Assembly: GCA_002633005.1 (NCBI GenBank) | Contig: NMRA01000522.1 | Location: 180,331-244,330, forward strand | Direction: 5' to 3' | Length of the DNA: 64,000 nucleotides | Origin: Phoronis australis | Lineage: Eukaryota > Animalia > Phoronida | Part shown: positions 13,680-25,500 of the stretch, one piece after another | Layout of the letters: every line of letters begins with the position of its first letter | Position numbering within the stretch: the stretch's first letter is position 1 | Translations under genes and position numbers: made by a program | Notes under the pieces: model-generated | What the model saw: the letters and a program-made list of their open reading frames with translations, nothing else | What the model was told of the DNA's origin: nothing | The model's database searches: none

Positions 13680-15134
13680 AGCGGATTTGCAGCGCAGACG
13701 AATTACGCAATGCGCATGTGCGAGTTACTTCCTTCGCGAAGACTCATGGGATAGCTTGTGGTCAGGCATGTCTTGAGCAGGCTGGATACTGTGTGCATTT
13801 GGAGTGATTTGCAAACTAAAAACCATGTTTCATTTTTTTGCTTTATAATACCAAGCAAGTCCTTTCTCTCGTTTGTAAACACAGCGTAGCTATGATCAGT
13901 GACCGTGTGACCGAGGGCTCGTCATGTTCATCGGCGTTGATTTCGAAATCTCCTCCGGTTTCAGACAAGTTGAGAGTTCTTGGGTTGCTTAACTTTTGTG
14001 GCTTTCGCCGTGGATATGCTAGAGACGTTAATTTTAAGAGGAAACTCCGTCCGAATGTTGTTCTCATAAGTCTTTTTTCCACCAGGAAAATGTTCGCTGC
14101 ACACACGATGGCCCCTAGGCAATTACATCGCACTGGATGCCGCAGGCATTCAGGGGCGATAGTACATCCTCACAAAAAGTTACTCATTTCAAAATACAGC
14201 AAATAAAATCAAATGAACCATACATATAGGAACACGGAGTTATAATTAACACATACCACGACTTTGGATACAATTTAGTCAGCAAACTTGAACAAATCGA
14301 TGAAAATCTGTCGCGGTTTGCTCGAGTTTCTCTCACGGTTACCGCGCGGGTGCCATTTTGAGGAAGTTACGTGAAATTACGCATGTTAACGAATAAAAAG
14401 TCCAAGGGACACACATCTTACAAGTTTCACCCGATACCTTCTCATGCTATTTTACAAGTGTTGCGCGCTAGCGTCATGCGCTTCGCTCAGTCTCGCGCTA
14501 ACCTTTGCCTAACTCACGTGATTCATCGCGCACGCGGTGATAAAATTAACGGCAACCAAAAAAGTGAAGTTGTAATTCTTCACCAAAGTCAACTTAATTC
14601 TCACAACTAAGCTTCATCAAAGATATGTGTAGAAGTAGAAAGGACCAATGATGAAAGTAAGTGTTTTTTAAAGTTTTAATTGTAGATTGTGACGAGGTGA
14701 AAACTCGAAATCGGTATCCCAAATCCGGTCACGGCCAGTTTAAAATACACTGAAGTAACGAAATGAATACAGAAAGCGAATGGAAGTATTGTAGCCCCTG
14801 GCCAACCGAGGGGCTACGTGTTGCCTACTCATGTAGATGGCCCCGCGTTGGTTTGAATGCGCTAAATCTCCCCTTACTCCCAGCTCTCCTAATGTTGTTT
14901 ATCCATTTTTCACGAAGTTCTTGGTTTGCAGGGAACACATAAAAACTCAGATTTTTATTTCTCATGTTGTTTTTGAAGCAGCCAGGAACACAACAAGTGT
15001 ATCCGCCGTAAGTTTTCTTCGCGCTCAAACCGCGTATTATGCTTGTTACTATGGCCGCTTTCGGAATCCTGACCACAGCTCCCACAATGCACCATATTAA
15101 CCTAATTTCAATATGGCGTCGCTGCAAATCCGCT
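13680..15134 (-). mobile_element. ISL2EU-like non-autonomous element carrying a THAP domain
   Basis: AT flanks and perfect TIR AGCGGATTTGCAGCG/CGCTGCAAATCCGCT. THAP N-half YTCCVPGC...FYVFPANQELREKWINNIRR; C-half RVCSEHFPGGKKTYENNI lies below 14115. Confidence 0.75.
14116..14835. mobile_element. TAGGCAA...TTGCCTA-ended non-autonomous element inserted in the THAP coding region
   Basis: Short TIRs at 14116 and 14821-14827. Flanked by the 9-bp direct repeat GATGGCCCC (14107-14115, 14836-14844). Same family as 43810-44416. Superfamily not assignable. Confidence 0.7.
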
Positions 15135-16273
15135 ATAGTGCTGTTTGTCTGGCAGATTGTCACCCACCTTTACAGCTCAACATATTACATAACTTTAAAT
15201 TTGTAATTATCCATATCTGTAGTAGTTTAGTTTGTCATAATATATGACCTTTCATCTCGCCCTCACGGGTTGTTTCACTGTAAACTAGCTTCAGTATCAC
15301 TTAGCAGTTAGCGCACATAAATTAGAATTATTCTTCTGAAAAATAGACGGGAGAGGATAGCCGTGTGTAGTAATATTAGATTAGCAATTCTTTTCTTTTC
15401 TAAACAAAAAACACTTGTTATAACCCCGTGGCTATGAACCCGATCAGGCCTATCACGGCCAGGCTGGAGACATTATGAACATAAACCAGCCGGGTTAGTC
15501 GGCTGCCAAACTTGAAAACTTAACTTCCAGTCAGGAAGACTGGTAAACCAAAGACATACAGTAATGTGCACATGAATATTTTGGTGAATTCGACGCCATA
15601 TTCCGCTTCCACAAAATTGTACAGGTAAAAGGTGTAAAACAATAATAATGATTTGAATAATGTGTATGTATATCCAAATAAAGATAGTTTCACAATAGCT
15701 TTCTGTCAACAAACACTGAATTTGCATGCACTCACATGGCGGTAAATTAATTTTATTGCATCTGAAGCCTGATAATGCACTTCCACTAACAAACATTAAG
15801 ACATTACAAATTTTATCTACTGAGAGACGTTGACACTTTGTTTGTTTTTTTATAAACATTGGTTATGGCAAAAACATTCATTTTGAAACATTGCCTGATA
15901 GACAGGAGATAGGAGATATTTCACGGCCTCATACATGCTATTAACGGCATACTTTTCGTTCTTTAGTCCGGGAGCCACTTTGGAACATTTTGGGTTCTCG
16001 AGGAAATTAAAAAAAACCCTGATAGATCCGCTCTCTTTGCAGCTTCATGGTTCGGACAAGCGAAAACGATACACCACACCACAGCACCACACACTCAGCG
16101 GAAAAACCGCTGATGGCGCTGCGTCGTATACTCACCTTCCTCAAAGGTTAACCCGACACATGTCGGCGAGGTAAGGTCGACTGTATAGGAGGTGATGTGG
16201 ATATACACCGATTAAGACGGTAACAAAAACTAATAAAATCGGTCAGCATTCTCCTTTAAGCCCGCTCGAGAAA

Positions 16274-16447
16274 CTGTACACAGTAATGCCAGGTGATGTT
16301 GAGAAACTTAGTCAGAGTGAAGGACTACCTGTACACATAGTATTGCCAGGTGATATTGAGGAACTTAGTCAAAGATTGAAGAACTAATTGTAAACATAGT
16401 AATGCCAGGTGATTTTGAGCAACTTAGACAAAGATTGAAGGACTAGC
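16274..16447. repeat. ~58-bp tandem repeat x3
   Basis: gtaatgccaggtgat(g/a/t)ttgag.aacttag.ca.agattgaagga occurs three times. Confidence 0.85.
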
Positions 16448-16927
16448 TCTTTTAATATATCAACAAACATATGATTTTCACATGCTGAATTAGTAAGTGA
16501 GCATTGGATAGTGATCTTCAAACCGCTTCAGTTACCATGGTAACCTCATGTCCTGCCCGGTGACTGTCAATATTGCAAATCGAGCACAACTTGGAACGTG
16601 ACATTGTTCACAATAATTTGAAAACTGTTTCCATAGACCCACTCCATTATGACTGTACTATCATTAAAAACCACACGTTTAACAGACTCGTTATGTGAAT
16701 GCTTCAAGTAGTTTTTCACACTATGTTTCGTGACAGCATTAAAAGTGTATGTCACACTTTTCTTAGGAAGTCATGGTCCAAAGATTGTATTACCACCCAA
16801 AATCTGCTTCTGGAGTATGGGGTTCTCTACCAAATAATTGGGTTAGCATGCTGTTTTTTTTATTGCACTCCACGTATTAATTAACCACTAAAATTACTGT
16901 GAGCTCGCCCCATCTTAAACCTCATTT

Positions 16928-18182
16928 ACAAGAGCAACGCGGAGCGTTGAAATGCACCCATGAATGCATTGGAAATGGTGTGCTTTTAGGGTTATTTATT
17001 TGTATCATAAAAATGGCCACTAGATGACGCAAAAATATACAATCCATCCAAAAACAGGAACATGCCATATTTCATAAAAATCTGTCAAGGAACTTCAGAG
17101 AAACAAAGGAAAACAGAATTAAATGAAATTGTCACTAGTGGGCACAGTGTCCGTTGGATTCGCCTGAAAGTTTTCGTCGTCTGTTACCTTGATATAAATA
17201 CACTTACTAAATTTAGTAAAGATCCTGCAGTGGGTTTAGGATATACAACTATGGGCGCAAAACAAAAGTACCACAAGGAGGCGCGACAGTAGTCAGTCAC
17301 CATCATCAAAGGTTGTCTACACAGAGAACATATATGCCAATTTTCAAATGATTTGGTTCATACAGGGGTAGACGCGTAAAACAAGATTTGAAAACAGCAA
17401 AAATGGCCACTAGAAGGTGCAAAATGCCTCGATTCCATCCAAAAACAGGAAGATAGCGTCATCACACCAATAGATGCCTATATTTAAAATTTTACAAAAA
17501 TCTGTTGAGGACCTTTGAAGATATAGAGTTAAAAATAAAAAACTGCCACTAGGGGGCACAGCAGCAGTCAGATCTGTCCAAAAGTCGCCGTTATCCGTAG
17601 TCAACATCATATAAATACACTTGCTAAATTAAATAAAGATCCTGCAAACCGTTTAGGCGATACAGCCATAGGTGCAAAAAACAAAACTGCCACTAGGAGG
17701 CGCCACAGTAATTAAAATCATCGGAAAATGATAGTCAACAGTCTTCTTTATAGTAAACACATACATGCCAATTTTCACAATCATCTTTTGAGCAGTTTGG
17801 TTGATAGAGGTGTGGACGCAAAAAAAAACAGACTCGAAAACAGTGAAAATGGCCACTAGGTGGCGCAAATGAATCCATCCAAAAACAGGAGGATAGCGTC
17901 ATCTCACTAATAGGTGCTTTCATACCAAAGTTCATGGAAATCTGTAACAGACTTTTGCAGATTCAGAGGTAAACGTAAAAAAAAATAAAATTGCCACTAG
18001 GGGGCACACCGGTAGTCGGATTCGTCAGAAAGTTCGCTCATGCCGTCCCATTCATGAATGGAACATATGTGCCAAATTTCATGAACGTATGTCAAAGGGT
18101 TTTGGAGATAGAGCAGCGGACTACGGACGGACGGAGATGACGGCATAATGCATCCACATATAAATATGTGGGTGCATAAAAA
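16928..18182 (-). mobile_element. Full-length Helentron-associated interspersed element (HINE; DINE-1/pearl-like)
   Basis: One end ACAAG with hairpin CAACGCGGAGCGTTG and subTIR TGCACCCA. Other end with (GGAC)n microsatellite, CCACAT..ATGTGG inverted repeat, subTIR TGGGTGCA and A-run. Interior is ~140-bp diverged tandem core units. Confidence 0.75.
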
Positions 18183-19140
18183 CCAGAAAAACAACTTGAG
18201 GTGTTGGTGGTGTGAACGGAAGCTTATGACATCAAAAGTACAGCACATGACAATTGGCAATGACAGCCTTAGGTGAAGTTCTTCGACAAAGAAGAATGCA
18301 CATTGACTAGCCACAAATCATAAATTTTGTGAAAATTGGAGGTGGAATTAGGAGGCCAATCAAATACTACAATGACTCACTTGTCAAGCCATACCGGCTG
18401 TTACGCCAGCAACAGTACATCCAGAACCCTTCATGCAGAACATCATTCATGAACTCCGTATACTGAGTTCACCTCTGAGGCATGGACAAAAATAGGATGT
18501 TTGTAGACATTAAAATGTTAATAAGCTAATCAATACTGGAAAGTAAAGATTTAAACAACGGTGTATCTGTTGCTACAAATGATACTCAACAGACAAGAGA
18601 TCATGCTGGGGTCATAAGAAACAAGTTTTTCCATAAAACAAGTTTGCCACTGAACAAGTTTCCGAGTAAGTACTGCAGGGATATATTTAGCCACTCGCCC
18701 AGTCGCCAATGCCAGTAAAAATGATGCTGGGAGAGTAGAAGCCAACTTTCCGGTCGCCCAGGTGTCGAGCGAATTTTCAGAGTGCAAAAGCACTCTTATC
18801 GTTTCCCGGATAAACATCAATAAATTTTTTCCTCCTTATGCTGTTTTTATCGTGAATTTAAGGTTCAGTTTGGTCAGTGTGTCGATGCTCCGGCAGTAAA
18901 AAACATCGGCGCATTGCGCTCCTACCAATTCAGTAGATGTCACCCATTACGCGATTCGTCTAGATCATAGTGTGTGGACGTGCACAAAGGAATTTGTGGA
19001 ATAGTCCGAAATGAAGAAAAAGGTGGAAATGCGGAACACCGGTCCGTCTGCTCAGAGCAAGCGAACTACCATAATTCTTGGAACTGATTTCTTATTGTTG
19101 TAATGTACAATATCTTTTTGGCCAAAATTATTTTGTAAAT

Positions 19141-21426
19141 ACCCACCCCCTACTTCAGGTGGATTTTCGATTTAACCGCCCACTGCTCAGTTAAGCGCCC
19201 CCCTGCGATTTTTGAAGATTTCAAGTTAAGCGCCCACCTCTCGGTTAAGCGCCCATCCCCGACTTTTAAAGAATGAAGATTTAGCGCCCAGTGCTAAGGA
19301 AACGAGCGATTCACCGACATTTAGAAAAAGATCGATGATCACAATGACCACAACGACGCCGGGCCTCCTAGATGGTGGTTTAGCAATGTGAATTGCAATA
19401 CAAGTAATGAGTTATTGTCTTGGGTCATGGACTCACTTCAAAATATAATACTTGAACGTTTTTGTTACTTTATTGTCTTCCCATGTTTGCAAAGTTTAAG
19501 AACGTCGCCGGCGTCAAAACCTCCGTTTTCAGCAACTTTGTCTGCCGCGCTGAGTTTCCGTCTGCAGTGCACTAGAAAAATCATATATTTGAAAAAATAA
19601 GGCCAGAGAAATGTGACAATGGTTTTGCCAACCCTCCAAATTCTATTAAGGTGGGAAGCTCAAGTACTTTGAGGAAATCTCACAACTCACGGAAAGATGT
19701 CAAATTCTCAATATTTTGATGAATGTAACTGCCAGGTTATAGAAGATGTGTGGCGACTGAAGGGACAGTACAAGTGCCTCAATGGGTTACCGATTTCGTT
19801 GCTGCCTATCGATTTCTGAATTCAAAGGTTGGCAATAATGTAAGTTTGTGTATGATCTTGAGGTAATAAAAAACTGCTAGTCAAATTTTGTTTTTCGCTT
19901 ATTGCATCTCAGTCAAACTGGCGTCAGCAGATACTAACGACGTTGGCTGTTCTTAACTATTTCTTGCGTCAGTCCCCACGTATAAGCGTGACTGTGAATT
20001 ATCGTTTCCACATCCCCTTTTTCGCCATCCAGAATAATTTTGTTTACACATTGGCCAGTTTCAGCCTGAACAAAAATTCTTACCATTCGAGTCTGAAATA
20101 TCTACGACGTAGACTGACTGAAAATTGGCGATAGTGGGTAGGAGATGCACGCAGCTACCTACGGGCATGGGCTTAGGGAGCATCGAGCCAGGAAATATCG
20201 GAATAGACTTGACATTGCAGTTTTGGGGAACATTGGCAACGGAGGAATATCGTAAAGAACTGGGTCTTTCGAAACAACAGCTTAAAAGTACATAGACACG
20301 CCCGTTTTTGTTACTTTGGGCTATTCTCTTTTGATGTGTGAATTTGTAGTCATTTTGGTCCACGTGCACAAGTTCCCACACTTTGCAGTGCACGTTACCT
20401 TGACACCAACATATGATTGACAGGTGACTCACACTGATTCCCGCCACTATCTTTGGCCATAAAAAACGACATGTGTATTGAAAGAGGCCGTCATATTACT
20501 TGGCGGCATTTCCAAGTCACGACTGTCAGCCGACTGAGACATTGCGCGCCAACAGCGGGACCGAACAGTGCCGCAGTGCGATATTGCAAGTGATATAAAT
20601 AGGATAATGTGGACATCTTGCATGAAAAATAAATGTTTTTCCACCACGAACTTTGGTAAGGTGATCGTTTAAGAATGAATTGAAACATCGCTGTTTTGTG
20701 GCGTTTATCTCATATTGATGTCGTGGCTCGAAATTTTAATCTTGATTGACGAGTGGCTCACGGTCGCATAACCCCGATTCTTGTCTTAGGCCTAGTTCTT
20801 TGCCGAGCATGTTTGGCGCAAAGGCAAGTGAGCAATGCCGGGCGGTCGCGATAAAATAACTAGCCGCAGAACCATCCGCTGAAAATGTCATTGAGTCACA
20901 GAGTGTCGAAACATCCTAAACACAAAAAACCTCTGAATTAAGTTTTTCAAACTTTTATTACAACTAATTTTAAAACTGCTCTCAGACGAACTTGGCAGCT
21001 CAGTACGAGACTGTAACCATAAATTTGATGTCTGCTGTGACCTCTGCAACACGTGAAGCTTGCACGCGCGCACTTTAACAAGGTCACATCTTGAAATAGT
21101 TGAAATCCAAGTAGAGGCTGCGTAGTCACTGGTCGTCTGCGATCTAGAGGGCAAAGTAACAAGACTGCAAGACGCCACGGGGCTATTACTCAGCAATTCT
21201 GTAAATTTAATAGTGAATAACTAATCTGAGGGCAAGAGAATCTTTGTTGGGATCATCCGCTGTTACGACATTTTCCCCGTCATGTGGCGACGTGACGATA
21301 ACGCTCTTTGAAAAGTGCTACGTGTTCCGCCCAGGGCGGTTGCCTGTCGTAATACGCGCCCATGTTCGGTTAACCGCCCACCCTGGATTTCTTGAAATTT
21401 CAGGGCGTTAACCCGAACGTTTACGG
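19141..21426. mobile_element. Truncated copy of pogo/Tc1-mariner-like family A
   Basis: Colinear with 35720-39230. Ends GGGCGTTAACCCGAACGTTTACGG+TA. Confidence 0.8.
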
Positions 21427-21444
21427 TAATACATTGAAAACACA

Positions 21445-22415
21445 TACCATACTCCTCCTAATAAGCATGTACATATGCGAAAAATGCCATACCTACAGTT
21501 CTAAAGTAATGTCTTCAATTTATCAATAATATCCAACAGTCCTTGAAAAATCATTGTGCGTGGAATTTCTCGACCACGAGCCTCGCCGCTATGTCGGTAT
21601 TTAGCCGTGACTGTAGACTTCACACTTCAAAAAGAACGCAAAAGTTTTGCTGATCTAGCGAGGAACGTGTCCCAATATGGTCAGGCCTTTCAGGACAGAC
21701 TCAGTGTACTTGTCAACGAGATTGTAGTGTATCTTTCCCGTACATATTTTCTCCCTCAACAGGAATCCAGATTAGTTTGTACACGAAAAAAACGCGAATT
21801 GAAACTTGACCAGTGTTAATGAGCTCGTGCTAGGGCCTACACATATGTAGGCCTGCTATTCTGGCAAATGAAATTTGATGACACGCACGCGCTCACTAAC
21901 TTCAAAACAAACATCCCGTAACAATAACATTTGTGTTTGTCTGGATTTTTCTCGTGTTGCGGGGTGCGATCTAGCGCAGATTTGGACTTAATATGCAGTT
22001 AATCCCGACTCCACAAGAACTTAAAAATCTTAGGGACTCTATTTGGAAAACCTAGGGAGGATTTTAGGCAATTTGTTGAGTCAAAACAGTATTTTTACTC
22101 AAGAATTCAAGTTGCCCTATCGACGATCGTGAGGCAGCGACACATCAGTCGGCAAGTTTTGGTCCTGGGATTTCAGTACACTTTTTGAAAAAAAGATTGT
22201 AATTTAACACTGCAGTTTGATAACAATGCACCACAGTTTTGTAAAAAGTCTGTCATAGGTTACAGATACGTCACAGCGCGTATATTTGATGAATCTTATC
22301 TTTCGACTTTACCCATTTCGGAGACCAGGTTTCAACCGCCTTAGGCTACAACAAAGGCCCCCCCTCCGAAACAAATTTTTCTAAGCACCCTGGGCGCTTA
22401 TTTGGGTAAATACAG
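21445..22415. mobile_element. Copy of pogo-like family B abutting family A
   Basis: Similar to 27086-28503. Ends gggcgcttatttgggtaaatacag+TA. Confidence 0.7.
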
Positions 22416-22592
22416 TAGCCCTAATAGATGGTGACATCAACGCACGAAACGATGACTTTCATTTATATTGGCAGCAAGTTTTTGGTGACAGACGCAAACG
22501 ACCAGGCGACTGAACTTCGCGCTGGGCGAGTAGATTTTTTGGCTCACTCACCCAGCTGGTGAGTGGGGTTTTGAAACATGAGTATATCCCTG
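22416..22592. repeat. hAT-like end fragment, inverted copy of 35218-35396
   Basis: tagccct..atggtgacatcaacgcacgaaac..gggcgagta..ggctcactc..tatatccctg is the reverse complement of 35218-35396. Confidence 0.75.
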
Positions 22593-25500
22593 AGTAGAAG
22601 TTACCTGAAGCACTCGTTTACCTGTTTAAATTAATTCAACCAAGCCAATGAATCTTGTTCACAAATGATTAACTTGTGTAACTCTAGACACCACTCTTAA
22701 TTAATTTTCAGTCGTATTTTGCTTGTATTTTGAAGTTTCTTGAGTGATTGAGTGAACTTGTATTAGAGTAACCTGAGTCTGAGCTACATCAGAACTGGAT
22801 ATTCTTGAGGTTTTAACTTATTATTAATTCAATGAAAAACAGATGATTGATTAATGATAATGGCACATACTCTGAAGACAAAGAAAACATGTAGGAATTT
22901 ATTTTTCCTGAAACTTATTTCCTGTGACACTGTACTGACGAAGGATCAGAGGTACCACATAGGTTCATCCTCAGTGGGTAATCATGGTGCTTTGACAAGG
23001 GGTAGTTAGGAAAATTTTCAAGTCAACAACCAAAAAATACCTAAGTCAAAATTGTAAATTTAGACAGGCAGAAAACTGTAAAACCCAGCTCGAACTAAAA
23101 GTACAGCTCTGAAATTGCTGTAACTTACTAACTCTTGTGGGTTCGTGAGCAGTCTAAATTTTGTTTGGAACAATAACCGACTTTAAAGCAACTGTATGTA
23201 AACATTTCCAACCTAAGCAAGTTTATTTTCATCTTCAAATTCACTGTCACTGTTGCAGTGAAATTAAACAAATTTCAAAGCCACTACCAATGGGGATATT
23301 CGGAAAATCTGCAATAACTAGAGGGCGTGTGTGTACTAGTGGTGATAGATTAACAGCCTCGATTTCGCGAGCCCTTAAAATACATGGTGAAATGGCTTGC
23401 AACCCTGCCAACTGAATCTGAGATTGCGTAAAAAGGGTGCTTCTATGAGAGGAAGTAAGCACGACCTCATACAAAGGTAAGGTTTGTGATTATTTTAACG
23501 ATTATTCCATGATTATTCTACCAATGCCTGTCAACTGAGGCACTCGCCGATGTCGACTTCGCGGCAGTCAGTCGCCAGCCAGAGTCTGGTTAATCTTTGT
23601 ATGTTGTGATATGTGATACGATACTTGACGTAGCAATCGGGATCTTTTCGTACATCAAAGCATTATTATTGTTTGGAATGATTTCTAAAAGTTTATCAGT
23701 GACAGTTACATCAATCAATGCTGAATGTTTATGCTGTCAACTCGATACAGGTTAATGAGTTAAGATTACAATCCAATCCCAATGGCAAAGGGTACGTGAG
23801 TGATAAATATCCATTGCATTAGACTATTTGTTTACTCCCTATCATATGTCTTCTGGAAATCTATTACACGTTGAAATGGAAATCTATCACGTCAGTTTTC
23901 ACGTAACCTTTGGTTTTTAGGTTTGAAGGCTTGTACCGTGCAGAGGAGATATGCATCGCTTCTGCACCGTCCCTGAATGGACAAAAATTGCTTTTTAGCA
24001 TTTGACTGCAGCTAACCAACAAGATCTTCCCATCCAGTGCAGATCTGTGGTCAAAGCCTACTTTCAATATTGGAGACAACAAACAAAGCCTTTGAAAAGG
24101 AACATCTATTTTTAAAGTCATTTTGTTAAATTACTTATTCAGGTCCCGAGGGGGATTGGCATGGGGGGTTGTAATATTTGGTACAACTGAATGTGTGGAA
24201 TAATACATGTTTGGGGAAAAGAGCATGGTGAGGTAATGCTTAACCTTCACGAAGTCCCTTCAAGTTGATGTCATGAAACTGTTTTGCTACTTGTATCAAT
24301 TGTAAAACCACGAAAATACATTACATTTTCCGAATTCACAGTGACTGAATAGTCTTAACTCATGCCTTGAAATGTTGCAAGTCGTTATAAATTCAAACGA
24401 CTGTCATTTTTGTGAAAATTGCATTTTTGATGGTGCCTTACGATTTGTAATTACTCTTAAACAACAGAAAGATTATCCATCATTTTTAAATGACCCAAGT
24501 CTTCATATCTTCTATTAGAAGAAAAATGGTTCCCTCAACCTTAGGCTAGAAGTATGCTTGACAGACACATGAACCTGTAATCTGAGTTTAAAATTGCTGA
24601 AAGTATCAAAATTAAAAAGGCTTGAAAATGGGTATCAAAGGTTTGAAGTTGTCTCAAAAAACTTGTATATTTTACAGACAAGTGATACATTTAAAGAATT
24701 GTTATGGCTAGGGATAAAAATAAAGACACAGTTTTATGCAATACTCATTATATACACCCTTGGTTTCTGAAAATAGTAATTATTTACTTTTATGTGAAAC
24801 TGTAGACCAATCACCATATATTTTTGAAAAACAGGGATAACATTTTTGATCCAATCTGGAGTACTTAATTATTCATATTTCAATATTTGTTCCAGGTTCA
24901 GTGACATTTTAAGGCCACTTCAAGCTGTATCATAGACAAGCTTTGTTACTCCGTTCTCTTCCCACAGCACTTCCACACACCAGCAGTGCTGCATGGCACA
25001 ATGTGCAAGTCAGTGGCCCTGGAGAAATGTGAATCGCAGTACTAAGTTACCATAAGACAATGTGCCAGTGGAGTGTCTGTGTATCCAGACGAACTATATC
25101 TGACTGCTGCACAAAAAAGCCTTGTTGGTGAGGATGCCCTTTCATAGGCAATGAGTCATGTGTGGACAATAGCATATTTCCTTTCCTGGAAGAAACATGA
25201 GGGACTGAAGCTAAAGTAGACCTAGTCACTCTCTGGTCTAGTTCAGAGTCTGATTTTGGGCTCAAAACGATTCAAGTGATATGCTGCTGTGTATGTGGAT
25301 GTTATTGAGGCTGAATGAGATTACATGAAAGAAAGCCACGTGTTGAAACTGGACCTTTTTTACAAGCACTTCTATAGGATATTGAAACGAGAACCCAGTG
25401 AAATGAAAGCCAAAAGCTGAGTGACATTAAATTTTCCTTTCAGAAGAAAGGCTTTATACTATTGGTAAAAACTTTTCAGTTGGTACAGATTATGGGGAAA

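Larger units (their letters stand above)
13020..16255 (-). mobile_element. Kolobok-like element (right copy, inverted relative to 8333-11700)
   Basis: Ends TCAA+AGGACAATGCC and GCATTCTCCT+TTAA. 15913-16255 is the reverse complement of ~8333-8670. An internal direct repeat (13390/15280) suggests it may be a composite of two copies. Confidence 0.6.

Noticed and set aside
8333-16255. One 7.9-kb transposon that captured MAD2 exon 4
   Set aside because: The inverted similarity extends through THAP and interior blocks, and the right copy has its own second end at 13020. Two independent inverted insertions explain it better.
23860-25060. Exon-like stretches on the plus strand (nested gene?)
   Set aside because: Stops in the frames I tried and no recognisable protein family. 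Possibly a decayed TE gene.
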